From the NCBI GenBank assembly GCA_030324005.1, contig JARDVH010000031.1, positions 27,117,456 to 27,181,455 on the forward strand: DNA of 64,000 nt. The letters run 5' to 3'. Each line of letters begins with the position of its first letter. Within the stretch, counting starts at the first letter, position 1. Origin of the DNA: Negaprion brevirostris (Eukaryota). Under the pieces are notes generated by a model that saw only the letters and a program-made list of their open reading frames with translations, did not search any database and was not told where the DNA came from. The position numbers were made by a program, and so were the translations under genes. Positions 13,031 to 25,185 of the stretch are shown piece after piece.

Positions 13031-13955
13031 CTCAGTGGAGCAGTGGACAGAACTTCACTCGCCCCAGGGTGGCAGGCTGTGAATGTAGGGGTTGGGGGAC
13101 ACTGTTTCAATAGTGGTGAGCATGTTGGGCCCGCTGTTGAAGGCATTTCTGCCGCTGGGTCATATGTCGAGTGGCAAGGCTACAATGTGGATCCTCTGTC
13201 TGCTACAGGTAGGTAGGCAGGCAGACAATTTACATAATTAAAGACCCTCCTCGAGATCATCTTATGGAACTGCTGGCATTTTGTTGATAGCGAAGTATCT
13301 TCATTTCGCCATGTGGGGACACCACCAGATTAATGGAGATGGCGCCCCCTGCGGGGGCCTGAGTGGGGAGGGTTGGTTATTGGAGCCAAAGGCTCCAAGA
13401 CATAAAGAGAGAGGACCAAGGATAGGGAAGATCATTTCTGTAGGCCAAGTAACTGCTCTGGAGCAATTTTAACTCCCACTTCATGTATTTTTCATTTCTT
13501 TCTACAATACCTGGCTGAGCTCTCATTGCCCCTTGCCTGCTACATAAAGCACAATCTCTTTTCAACCTGCTGTGTAGTGTGTTTACATCTGATTTCTGCT
13601 TTCACATCTATTTTGAAGCAAAAAGGGATATCAACACTATGAGAATGCTGGCGGTCCCCCCATGCTCTTACTAGAGGTTCCACAGCTTGAAAAGTTTAGG
13701 AAACCCTGACATTTAGGAATTGTAGGAGTTAGACTGTTACCCCCTTAGATAAGAGAAGGTTGTAGGAAGATTAGATAGAAGTGTTCAGGGTAGTGAGAGA
13801 GAGAGAGAGAGAGAAACTCTTCCTATTAGTGGAAGGGTTTGAAAACCAGGGGACACTGATCTAAGGTGATTAGCCGAAGAACCAATGGCGACATGAGGGA
13901 TTGCTTTGCTCACGCAGCAGGCGGTTAGGATCTTTAGTATGGTAAGCTCAGATTT

Positions 13956-14378
13956 AGTAAGAAGTCTCACAACACCAGGTTAAAGTCCAAACAGTTTATT
14001 TGATAGTAAACCTACAAGCTTTCGGAAACACTGTTCCTTTGTCAGGTGTGTGAAAGTTCTGATCAGAGAAGGGCATATAAAGGCGCACACAGTTTACAGA
14101 ATACTGATTAGAATGCGAGTCCTTACAGCTAATCTGCCATTCAAGTCTTAAAAGTGCAGACAATGTGAGTGGAGATAGCATTAAGCATAGGTTAAAGAGA
14201 AGTGTATTGTCTCCAGACGGGACAGTAAGTGAGATGTTGCAAGTTCAGACAAGTCATGGGGGTTACAGATAGTGTGACATGAACCCAAGATCCTGGTTGA
14301 GGGCATCCTCGTGTGTGAGGAACTTGGCTATCAGTCTCTGTTCATTGACTCTGCACTGTCGTGTGTCGTGAAGGCCAC
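13956..14378 (-). mobile_element. Penelope-like element 3' end: GIY-YIG C-terminus plus pLTR
   Basis: Minus strand translates GLHDTRQCRVNEQRLIAKFLTHEDALNQDLGFMSHYL*, followed by a pLTR with a mutated hammerhead (CTGACAA) at 14011-14050. Confidence 0.85.
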
Positions 14379-15129
14379 TTATTTGGGTAAATATGTGGGG
14401 TTATAGGTCAGTGCAGATTTGATAGGCCAAATGGCCTCCTTCTGCACTGTAGGAATTGTATGATTCTATGACATACCATGGAATAGACCAGTTGTGTTGA
14501 AGGGGTTGTGCATAAGACTATTTCCTTGTCAAACAGTTTACAGGGCTTGGACCTGTGGATCAAACAAGTCAAAGCACAGATTTCTAGAATAAGTTCATTT
14601 TTACTGGAAATTCAGCATGATGTTACAAGTTAGTTTCCAACAACCTAGCAATTCCAGATTACACCTAAAAGCATGCACAAATCCATCCCTTAACTCTAGG
14701 CTCAAGTGAATAGAAACAAAATCCTCATGTAAGTGAAAGGCAGTAGACAGTCTATTTGGCAATGACTTGATGTGGCCCTCTAACTAGCCATCATGAGGAT
14801 GTCTTTAACTGCAGCAGCTCCCAGTACTTTTGTTACAATTTTTACACTTTGTAAGGGGTGGACTTGACTGTCATATTGTCAGGATCTTATTGTCTTCTAC
14901 AAAATCTTCTTCATACATAAAATATCCAATGGATTATTGAGTTCTTTGTTTAAACCAGGGAGTAAATGCCCACCCTCCAGTTATATTCCAACTTCCATGG
15001 CATTCTATAGCCTTTGCATATACAGCAGGATCAGGAGCGCATTCCTTATCTTTTCCTATTTAATTTTTGGCTTGACTTTTTATTTCAATACAAACGTGAA
15101 ACTTCCTATAACCCAAGACTTCAGCTTGT

Positions 15130-15690
15130 AAGACAGTTTTGGCCACAATGCCATCATTCTTAGCCAGCCTCAAGATACAATCATCTGACTCACCCATCCT
15201 ATGGATAGCGCCACAGATGAGCTGTACATCATGAGCTCTACAGACAGCATAGGTTTTGTGCTGGCCATTAAATCTCCCTGTTACTTTGTTGACATCAGCG
15301 AGGTTGATTCCTATTCACTGTGGTCAATTCCATGACTGCCAAGAAACAACTCATCCCCACCTTCGTGTGCGTTTTCAGGGGCCTCATTGTCTGTATTTGC
15401 CTGTTATCAGTTTGTATTTGGAGTTGTTCAAGTAGACCTGCTAAAGAACTGTTCAAAATGGCTATCCAGCCAAACCAGGCTTATTACTTCTACACACTAA
15501 CTAACTTTTGCATTCCAATGAGTGTTGGTTCCACTTTCTTTTATCAGTATAGCCTGGATATATGCTTGTTTTCCATCAGGGTTCAATAATTCATTCCTTC
15601 CCAGGATCTTATCTGTGAAAAATGCTTTTCAGCATCTTCATTTTTCTTTGAAGATGTCTTTTGACCTTGCAAAACATGTTGGTATTTGAT
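15130..15690 (-). mobile_element. Possible highly decayed Gypsy-type RT fragment
   Basis: Weak SxDIFxxKM-like and IQTMRPLKT..V..FL-like traces on the minus strand. Confidence 0.25.
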
Positions 15691-15996
15691 CAATTTTCAA
15701 GTTAGATTAAATTATAAAAAAACTGCAGAGAAGTAATTTGCATTCTCACTGTAGGCACCGCGTAGTTCAATGTAACTGCAACAATTAACCAAAAGGCTTT
15801 TCAATTTTCTCTCCTCCACTTCTGAAGGTGCTGATTCATGCTGTGATATGAGCCAGAATTTCTGGGCACATTGGCAATGGGCTGGGAGGAGGATCGGCTG
15901 TAAAAATGGCATAGGGAGGTTTCAGTATCTTCTCACTGGCATGCCATTTGATATAAAACCATGACTTCACACAGTACTATGTGTGGTTTCATGAAA

Positions 15997-16232
15997 AAGT
16001 CTCACAACACCAGGTTAAAGTCCAACAAGTTTATTTGGTAGTAATCAACCTAATTGATTAAGTGTAAAGGCTCACATTCTAATCAGTATTTTGTAAACTG
16101 TGTGTGCCTTTATATGCCCTGTGATCAGAACTCCCCACTCACCTGACGAAGGAGCAGCACTCCGAAAGCTAGTGGCGTTTACTAGCAAATAGACCTGTTG
16201 GACTTTAACCAGGTGTTGTGAGACTTCTTACT
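15997..16232 (+). mobile_element. PLE pLTR with inverted partial pLTR
   Basis: 15997-16044 aagtctcacaacaccaggttaaagtccaacaagtttatttggtagtaa is the reverse complement of 16179-16227; inverted truncated pLTRs are characteristic of PLE insertions. Confidence 0.8.
16139..16175 (+). ncRNA. Minimal type I hammerhead ribozyme motif (PLE-borne)
   Basis: tcac-CTGACGA-a-ggag/cagca/ctcc-GAAA-gct-a-gtgg: intact core, UA cleavage site. Confidence 0.72.
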
Positions 16233-16648
16233 GATGTGAGACTTCTACATACAAAGTAAGTGTGTCACCTGCGTATGCCATAGGTGACACATTTACTTTG
16301 AAATTAAAGAAAGATGGCCAAATGGGATAAAAGTGAAAGAGAGAGGGATGAATTCAGGCTGGGGAATGTCTATGTGGGCAATGAGAAGGATGAGAGGAAT
16401 AGAGGCAGCTGAATGGATGAATATTATTTTGGAAACAGAAAGTTCACAAAGCCTTTCTACTTGTTATAAGCTAGGATGGGGAGTCGAAAGAGATGGATTT
16501 AAGGAAAAAAGTTGATGTGAGGTAAAGAAACCATGTTTTATCTTGGCTCTATAGAATAATTCTACACTCGGGTAGTTTTGGCTTTGTCATGTTGATACCA
16601 TTGGCAGTTCAGGTGTGTTAAATGTCTTCATTTTTTCTGTTTTTCCAG

Positions 16649-16706
16649 GTCTAATCCCTGGTGGGAAGATAAAATTGATCCACAGTTCTTCTATTGACGT
16701 GAACAG
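16649..16706 (+). CDS. DYNC2I1: Internal exon of dynein 2 intermediate chain 1 (WDR60), (G)LIPGGKIKLIHSSSIDVN(S)
   Basis: Polypyrimidine tract plus ccag acceptor (ttttttctgtttttccag) and gttggt donor. The 58-nt exon, phase 1 to phase 2, matches the recalled human WDR60 segment [20 protein letters not shown]. Confidence 0.9.
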
Positions 16707-17509
16707 GTTGGTTTGATGGTGCTGATTGTACGATGATGCACATTGTACAATGGTAGTTGTGGGCTGATCTTGCTGTATACTGTCGGCTGTGTACTTGATT
16801 CAGGCCTGCTGAGTCCCAAACGCAGACAGAGCACGTGAATTCTAAATTTGCGACGCTTTCCCAAGCCTTAATTGGAAAAAGCCTATTTAAAATTGACTTG
16901 GCAGGAATAAAATTCAGTTGATATGGGGCATTTCAACTTCAAGGGAAATGCTAAATTTGGCCTAAGTTTGTAAACTTTGCCTGCCGCCTGTTATTCTAGT
17001 GGGAAGCTGACATAGACACAGTGAGCCTAACTGTTTGTTTCTGAGCTCAAAACCTCGATTGTTTATTGTTTAAAACTGTACTAATTACAGATTCTGCCCC
17101 ATTTGTGACTTTGAATTTCGAATTGTCTTAGTTATTTTTAGAGCATGTACATGTTATTTGGTTTTTGTTTCTCCTTATTCTGTCCAGTATAAACTAGAGA
17201 GTTCTTTTTTTGCTCATCTTGCTTTTAGAAATAAGAAAACATGATATGTGGAACATTAAAACATTTCTGAAATGGTTGTGCATTTGCATCTCTGGGAATG
17301 AGCTACTGCATGCATTTAATTCTACCACTGTGGACTTGATTCACGCTGTTCATTGATCTGTGTCATGAAATAGTTGTTTGCTGACAGCCTTTAAGCTTGC
17401 CCTTCCGCTTTGTGTCAGCATCATGGATTAATGTTCACATTCCAGCCACGTTTACGTCAGGAGTGCTAGCTAAACAGGTATGACCTGTTGAAATGGTAGT
17501 GGCTACAGA

Positions 17510-18022
17510 CACTAGGAATACTGCAGCAAGTAACTCACCTCCTGACTCCCCAAAGCCTGTGCACCATCTGCAAGGCACAAGTCAGGAGTATGATGGAATA
17601 CTGCCCACTTGACTGGATGGATGCAGCTCCAACAACACTCAAGAAACTTGACACCATCCAGGACAAAGCAGTCCGTTTGACTGGCACCACATCCCACAAA
17701 CATCCATTTCCTCCACCATTGACGCTTGGTATCTACAAGATGCACTGCAGCAATTCACCAAAGATCTTTAGACAGCACCTTCCGAACTCTTGACCACTTC
17801 CATCCACCACCCGCAAATTCCTCTCTAAGCCACTTCCCTCACAGTTGTTCGGTCAAAATTCTGGAATTCCCTCCCTAACGACATTGTGGATCAACCCACA
17901 GCACGTGGACTGCAACGATTCAAGAAGGTGGCTCACCACCACCTTCTCAAGTACAACTAGGGATGGGCAAAAAATGCTGGCCAGCCAGCGACGCCTATGT
18001 TCTGCAAATGAACTTCAAAAAA
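17510..18022 (+). mobile_element. LINE 3' end (CR1/L2-group family distinct from the HER1-like one)
   Basis: THLLTPQSL.TI.KAQVRSMMEYCPLDWMDAAPTTLKKLDTIQDKAVRL; tail gctggccagccagcgacgcc. A related fragment lies at about 48420-48730. Confidence 0.75.
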
Positions 18023-18255
18023 TGGTTGTCCTGACAATGAAAACTTTTAAATGGAAGTAATCCAAAGATGGTCTTGAAGATCCCAAATGATGGGGCTGTG
18101 ACTATTCTGTTTGGCAGCTTGTTCCATTGTGGGATTGTCTGTGTACCAATGAACAATCAAGGAATTGGACTATACGCTAGATGGGATGCTTTAATCATAG
18201 TCCACATCTTTCAGTTCAATTTATTGATACTATTTTTCTGTTGTGTTTTGATCAG

Positions 18256-18355
18256 TTTTTTTCCAAGAAATCTTATGCAGCTGGGACCTCCTCAAACTCT
18301 GAGTATCAGGTTTCTGCCTTCTGATCCTAATCATTTCTTCATTGGAACAGATATT
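18256..18355 (+). CDS. DYNC2I1: Next internal exon of DYNC2I1/WDR60, (S)[33 protein letters not shown]
   Basis: ttttgatcag acceptor and gtgagt donor. The 100-nt exon continues the frame of the previous exon (AG|T = Ser) and matches recalled human [22 protein letters not shown] in the WD40 region. Confidence 0.92.
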
Positions 18356-18599
18356 GTGAGTAGTAGCAAAATAAAAACCTTTTTTGTTCCCTATGAAAGC
18401 ACTCTTTATTTTTTGCTTTCAGACAGCAGTACACCTGCTCCAGGCACTTTCTTTATTCCATTTCTTGTCCCATCACTACTCCCTTTGGCTCTGGGAAACT
18501 AACTCTTACGTCTCCTATTTTGTACCCTATCATGCTCTTGCTCTTCTCCTACTTTTGTTCTTGTCCTACTCCACCTTGCTCGAACCTACTACCAAGCCA

Positions 18600-18846
18600 T
18601 AGAACTATCTGTAACTCCCAATCCCATTAAATCCCATATACTCATCCAGAAGTCTTTTAAAAGACCCCAGTGAGTTCGCCTCTACCACCACCGACGGCAA
18701 CCAATTCCACTCACTCACCACCCTCTGAGTGAAAAACTTACCACTGACATCTCCTCTGTACCTACTTCCCAGCACCTTAAACCTGTGTCCTCTCATAGCG
18801 ACCATTTCAGCCCTGGGAAATAGCCTCCGAGAATCCACCCTAATCG
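18600..18846 (-). mobile_element. CR1 LINE 3' fragment
   Basis: LFPRAEMVAMRGHRFKVLGSRYRGDVSGKFFTQRVVSEWNWLP..FKRLLD. Confidence 0.85.
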
Positions 18847-19429
18847 TCAAGTTGACAGGGGAATTGGCTAACCTGACTCAGTGAGAAGCACCTTCCACAG
18901 CAGGGAGGATGCCTGATCAGTGTAAGTGGCCACTCAGGATGAAGTGAGACATTGGAATCCAGAGATCGACTTGCTAAGAACTCTTTTGATCGCTGTACCT
19001 CAAGCAACGCAACTGAACAGGAGTTGAGATCAGATAACCATCGGACTGACATGCCTGCTTCACAAACTCATAACCAATGTTCCAGTTATTTCCGACACAA
19101 AAGCATTTTCTTGTAGTCAGTGCTGTCTGCTCTCAATGCAGCTTGTTATCGCTGCTGGTGAAAGGAGTGGCTCCGCTTCAGAGATTTTAGTTGCATCCAC
19201 ATTTTGCATAACAGGGTGACTCACAAGATTAGTTTACGTCTATAACTCGAGGGTCATGTTGGTTTTGGGAATACAGGTGATTCAGCCCCTCGAGTCTGTT
19301 CTGCCTTTCAATACTTGCATGCTCATAAAGATCAAAGAGAACAAAGAAGATCACAGCACAAGAACAGGCCCTTCGGCCCTCCAAGCCCATACCGATCATG
19401 ATGCCCTAACTAAGCTCAAAGCAAAACCT

Positions 19430-19699
19430 TAAGATCAAAGCAAAATACTGCGGATGCTGGAATCTGAAAGAAACACAGAAAATGCTAGAAAATCTCAATA
19501 GATCTGACAGCGTCTGTGGGGAGAGAATAGAATCAACAGGCCAGGGGATTTATAGCCTCGCCTGGGCAAGACTGGAAATCCCAGCTGGAAGTGGACAGAC
19601 ATTTCCTTTGTCAGGCCCTCACCCGCTCCGATTCCACGGGAGGCGAGGTGATAGAGTTCCAGCAAACATTTTGAGTCTGAATGACCCTTCATCAGAGTC
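19430..19699 (-). mobile_element. PLE family-2 tail with decayed hammerhead, interrupted by a MITE (about 19539-19662)
   Basis: gcaaaatactgcggatgctggaatctgaaa...tctgtggggagaga; minus strand CTGATGA-agggtcattcagactc-AAAAtgtt. MITE ends ggccaggggatttatagcctcgcc / ggcgaggtgatagagttccagc. Confidence 0.6.
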
Positions 19700-19975
19700 A
19701 CTACTGTCTCCGAGCGCCAGGGGCCCGGGTTCGATTCCCGGCTTGGGTCACTGTCTGTGCAGAGTCTGCGCGTTCTCTCTGTGCCTGCATGGGTTTCCTT
19801 CCACAGTCCAAAGGTGTGCATGTTAGCTGGGTTGGCCATGCTAAATTGCCCCTTAGTGTCAGGGGGACTGGCTACGGTAAATGTGTGGGGTTATGTGGAT
19901 AGGGCCTGGGTGGGATTGTTGTCGGTGCAGGCTTGATGGTCCAAATGGCCTCCTGCACTTTAAGGATTCTATGCC
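19700..19975 (+). mobile_element. HE1-type SINE, tail type A (CR1-derived)
   Basis: cccgggttcgattcccggcttgggtcactgtctgtgc...aatggcctcctgcactttaaggattctatg. Confidence 0.85.
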
Positions 19976-20096
19976 ATGGATCATTGTTCCCTGTGGCAAC
20001 CCTTTTTCATCTTTGTCAATTTTACCACAATTTGTCCCTTTTTGGGAGTGGTGGAATGGGAGAAAATATCACTGGGAAAAGCGTTAAGTCGCTTAA

Positions 20097-20330
20097 GGGC
20101 AGCACGGTGGCACAGTGATGAGCACTGCTGCTTCACAGCACCAGGGACCTGCGTTCGATTCCTGGCTTAGGTCACTATCTATACGGAGTCTGCACATTGT
20201 CTCCTCCAGTGCTCTGGTTTCCTCCCACAGTGCGAAAGATGTGCACGTTAGGAGCATTGACCGTACTAAATTCTCCCTCGATGTGTCAAAGCAGGTATTG
20301 GAGTGTGGCGACTCGGGGATTTCCCATAAG
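20097..20330 (+). mobile_element. HE1-type SINE, tail type B, 3'-truncated
   Basis: gggcagcacggtggcacagtg...ggagtgtggcgactcggggatttccc. Confidence 0.8.
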
Positions 20331-20594
20331 TACATGTATTCCATTCTCTCTCTCTCTGGTAGTGAGTTGCGTACCCCCCCCACCCCCATTCTGTGGTTAT
20401 ATGCAGGGGCACAATGGTTAGCACTGCTGCCTCGCAGCACNNNNNNNNNNNNNNNNNNNNNNNNNNNNNNNNNNNNNNNNNNNNNNNNNNNNNNNNNNNN
20501 NNNNNNNNNNNNNNNNNNNNNNNNNNNNNNNNNNNNNNNNAAACTACCCCCACCCCTCTCCCCCCGCAAACTCTGTTATCTTTCATCTTAAATT

Positions 20595-22260
20595 TTTCTG
20601 AGGTGCCCTATTGAATGTCTTTTGGAAATCCAAGTGCATTACATCTATTGGCTTCTCCTTATCTACTCTAATTGTTGCATCCTCAAAAATATTCCAATAA
20701 ATTCATCAGACAGATTTCCCTTTCATAAATGGAAATTGACTTTGTTTGATAATACTGTGATTTTCTAAGTGCATTGTTAAAACTGTCTTAAGCTGCATTT
20801 TCCTAAAGACTGATGGCAGGTTAAATAGCAATGTTACATTTAATAATTTATATGCCACTGGGAATATTCCATAATCGAGGAGATCTATGAAAAACCAGTG
20901 TGATCCCTGCAATTATCTCTCTTAAAATCCTAAGGTGTGGGCTATCATGTCCTGGGGATTTGTTGGATTTTAGTCCCTTAAACGTTTCTACTACATTTTC
21001 TCTGATATTAATTACATTAAGCTCCTCACTTTAATCAGACCCTTGGGTTACCCACTATTTTTGGCATGTAATTTGTATCTTCCAGTTTAAAGAGGCACAA
21101 AAATATTTGTTCAACTTCCCTACTGTAATAATTCTGCTAAGGCCAGTCTTCCATTACCAAAAACCCTTTAATGATAACACTAGAAAGAGCCACACCAATG
21201 GCTTACAGCACACATGTCAATGCCTGGGGACCTACAGAATACCGGTCCAGGTTGAACCAATGGGTTTTAACCCCCTCATTTCTCTCTTCCAAATGGACAA
21301 GCCTCCGCTCACTCTGTCAGGGAGTTCCTACTCCACAAAGCCCATTGGGAGATCTATCGACAATCCTCCGAGCCCTTTGTGGCCATCATAATACCTGTCA
21401 TTTTCGTAATCCCCATGATAATTTCTCCTGCCTCTGTTTATAAGAGACCATTTTTTACTTTAGCCTTCCTCTTTTTATATACTTGCGAAAGCTTTTACAG
21501 CCTGTTGTTTACATTCCTAGCTAGATTACTCTCATTACATTTCTCCCTTTTTATCAACTATGTGGTTTCTAAAGTTCCCATATTTTTTAGCTGTCCTTTG
21601 CCACATTGTAAGCCACCTCTTTTAATCTGAAGCAATCCCTAGCTTTCCCAGTAAAACACAGATGGTTCTTTCTCGCTGAGTTTTTGTTTTCCAGTGGAAT
21701 ACGTTTTTGTTGAATGTTTTGAATAGCTTCTTTAAATGTTACCCAAATTTTATTTATCACCATTCCTTTTTACCTATTTGTACCTAATCAACCTTAGCCA
21801 GCTCTCCTCGTACTTAATTTTAAATTTAAACAAAGCTAATTATCAGGTCCAATACGTTAAGTAGTGTTGCCCCGAACTTAAATGGGAATTTAGTTGAATT
21901 ATGATAACATTTTCCCCGGAGCATCTTTTATTATGAGGTCAAAATAAACCTGGCCGCAGTACACAATGCCACAGTACTTTCATCCCTAGTTGGTAATATT
22001 AACATATTGTTCCAGGAAGCTTTTATGAAAACATTCCACAATTTCATCTTCCAGATTAAACTTGCCAATTTGATTTGTCCAGTCCATATGAAGATTGAGG
22101 CTACCATAATTATTATATTGCCTTTGGTGCAAGTTCCACTTACTTCTTGGTTAATATTCCAACAACTAGTGTTAGGGGACTTCTAAACAAAACACCTGTT
22201 TTCTGACCCTTGTTATTCCTAATTTTCAGCATGCGAATTCTACTTCCTGATCATCTGAGT
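20595..22260 (-). mobile_element. Old CR1 LINE ORF2 remnant
   Basis: HLENHSIIKQSQ..FMKGKS and gaatgtcttttggaaatccaag (reverse of LDFQKxF); heavily decayed. Confidence 0.6.
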
Positions 22261-22263
22261 CAA

Positions 22264-22390
22264 GGGGTGGGAATTCCTGGCTAAGCTCACCCCAAGGCCA
22301 GAAATTCCTACTCGAGGTCAACGGATCTTTGTATGGCCTGCCCCCACCCGCTAGGATTCCCCACCCGCAGGATGAGAAAATTCCATCAAA
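22264..22390. mobile_element. Short MITE (Harbinger-type); similar copies at about 25758-25895, 34525-34625, 39735-39870 and 42455-42590
   Basis: About 130 bp with imperfect ggg...gaatt / aattcc ends and a shared core (ggtcaatgga..., cccacccgct..gattccc). Confidence 0.5.
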
Positions 22391-23579
22391 GGTCCCTCTT
22401 TCTCTGCTGTCAGGGCTACCCCTTCTCATTTTTCATTCTACCTGTCTTTTTGAAATGTGTACCCTTGGAAGATTCATTTCCCAACTTTGGTCACCCTGCA
22501 AACTATGTTTCTGTTTTATCAAATCAATTATCTTTAATTTAAGTATGAATGCTTTGTGCATTAAAAAAAGTTTTAATTTAATTTTATAACCACGGTTCTT
22601 GCGTGGAACTTTTTCACTCTTGCACGATTATCATTTAAACTTTGTTGCCCTTTGTTTCCTGCTCAGCTTCTCTTTACACCAAATTGTTGTACTATGTTAT
22701 CCCTTAAGACATTTTTCTCGAGGTTTCTAAATTTCCATCAACAGACCCCTTTCACATCTTTTAGTTTAAAACTCAATCAAAACTCAATTTGCAGAGTTAC
22801 TGCTTTCAGCATGGTTTAGGTGGAGCCCTTCCCAAAGAAATAGTTCCATCTTTCCCCAGTGTCCCATAAAAAAACTCTTTTTTCCACATCACTCTTCAAT
22901 CCATGTATTTGATTCTCTAATCTTCCTGACTCTGTGCCAACTTGCATAGGATTCAGGCAGCAATCNNNNNNNNNNNNNNNNNNNNNNNNNNTACATTTGT
23001 ATTCAAGCTCCTCAAAATTCTCTCAATAGAACCTCCTTTCTAATTCAACTTACATAGTTGATTTGTAGGTGGCCCACAATAACAAGATCCTTTCTCTACC
23101 ACTCCAAATATATCTGCAGCAGTGAGGTGATGTCTTTAACCCTGACTGTGGGCATGCAACACACCCTTGGAACTCCTGACTATAGCTATAGAGATCCATT
23201 TATCCCTCTGGAAATACTGTCCCCTACCACCACTGAATTGAAACATGTTGTAGTTACAGATACTGCACAGTCCCTGTCATTTCTGTGCATCCTTATTTAC
23301 TGATTTGGCCAGTTAATTGGCTATTAATTTGGTACTGTAAAAGAATAGCAAGCCACAGTTGCTTAAAGATAATAGAAAAGCTCTCACCCATTTATGGGAG
23401 GTAAAACCAACAGATAAACAAAGTAATTCTTTCTTCCTCCTCTCTACCAAATTCCCACTTGCACTAAATTCCTTACTTTAGCACTTATTTTATCAAACCT
23501 TTCCCAATCATTCTGGATTCTGGGCTCCCTGCGTCTATCTGGTAAGTAGTAAAATAATTGTCAAGGTTATTGAGAAGCC

Positions 23580-24913
23580 AATTATGTGGCACTTTTGTCC
23601 TGAATCATGGATTTCCAGCTACTTCCTGACATGTCATGAACTCACCAAATTCATCAGGATGAGTCCAACAGTGGGAAGAGCCCCTTCAGTGAACCTGACA
23701 GGCTGGGAAGTTACAATGAAGAGCTCCAGCCATTGAGAGGTGGCTGTTCAAAGCACTTCTTATCTCAGAACACAATTTCACTGCTTGACAGATAATTGCT
23801 AACTTTGTCGAAGGAACTTCACTCACTTTCAGTAGGATTTCCCTCTGCCAGCGTGGGAGCAGCTTACACAGCTCCACTGTCCATCCCTGCTGAGGGGCAA
23901 GAACAGAAGCCACGCCACTGCCAAAAGCTCCAGCAGTCAAAGGAGCAACACCAACACCATTGGCTTTCTCCTCATTATGTACCTGTCCAAAGAGTAGACG
24001 TGATGGATTCCAAGGTCAAGTTGGAAGGAGGCAAGATCCCCAAATCCCAATACAGGGTCTTTAGGCAGAGGATTAGCTCTCTCTCATCCTGTCTGAGTAC
24101 CGATGCCTCAGGACGCTCAGGCTCACACAGATCCTCATGCTCAATGTCCTCAACCTCCTGCAGCAAGACTGCCCTTCCAGTAGAGCAGGCGGGCAGGCAT
24201 TGCCAATGGCGCCATCACTGGAATAGATCACCACACTGCGTCTTACTCTCTCATCCTCATTACTTTCTTTCTTCCTATCCTATGAAGGACCAGTAAACAT
24301 TTTTGCCACATAAATGTGAATGTAACATCAGTCTTCCAGAGGTCAGAGCACACATCCAAAATCTGCAGCACATCCCCATTCAAACAAAGTATGATTGCAT
24401 TGGTTTAGATTATAACCTAGAAAACAGACACCACTTCCCATTCATCATCCTTCCTTTGGCATGTTCACTGTCTCACCAGTTTAAAGATGGGAAAGCCAAG
24501 TCAATGTGTGTCTGTTTCTAGTTTAACCTTGCTGGCCATGGCATCTGCTCTGGATTAGGTATGCTGCTCATTTGAATGTCTGTGCCTCAGAATCTGCTGG
24601 TGACTTGAAATGAACACCTCCAGCACAGCTGATTCAGAAAACTAGGAGCTAAAAAAGGTTAAGAACAGTTAGATCCAGTATCTGGGTAGTTGTTTTTCCA
24701 GTGGGATTTGGGGTCCAGGAGGTTCAGGAATATTTGACCCTTCGAGCAAAGCTGCTGCGTTATACTTCACCTCCTGTGTACTCCTCCTCAACATCTCTCT
24801 CACTCACATCATTGTCTGCATTACTTGTCCAGCCTCCCTGGTCTCTCCAACAACTCCAGTCTGTTTTATTGCCAACTTCTCCAGCAACCTGTGCCATCCA
24901 GCTATACACTAAC
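23580..24913 (-). mobile_element. Decayed Harbinger transposase region
   Basis: Minus-strand traces of the N-terminal RR..Y..R..LNL / AxKV segment and the C-terminal GALxY-like segment; multiple frameshifts. Confidence 0.4.
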
Positions 24914-25084
24914 NNNNNNNNNNNNNNNNNNNNNNNNNNNNNNNNNNNNNNNNNNNNNNNNNNNNNNNNNNNNNNNNNNNNNNNNNNNNNNNNNNNNNNN
25001 NNNNNNNNNNNNNACACCTATCTATAACCCCCAATCCCATAAAACCCCATATACTCGTCCAGAAGTCTTTTAAAAGACCCCAGC

Positions 25085-25185
25085 GAGTTTATTTGGTAGC
25101 AAACCTGTTGGACTTTAACCTGGTGTTGTGAGGCTTCTTACTGTGTTTACCCTAATCCAATACCGGCATCTCCACATCATGGCTA
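25085..25185 (+). mobile_element. PLE pLTR fragment abutting a CR1 3' fragment (25015-25088)
   Basis: cctgttggactttaacctggtgttgtgaggcttcttactgtgtttaccc; the CR1 part is near-identical to 18605-18675. Confidence 0.7.

Noticed and set aside
18850-19120. Unique CpG-containing stretch with short open frames
   Set aside because: No recognisable protein motif or coherent splice sites.
20097-20170. tRNA-like A/B box sequences
   Set aside because: SINE heads; no complete cloverleaf.
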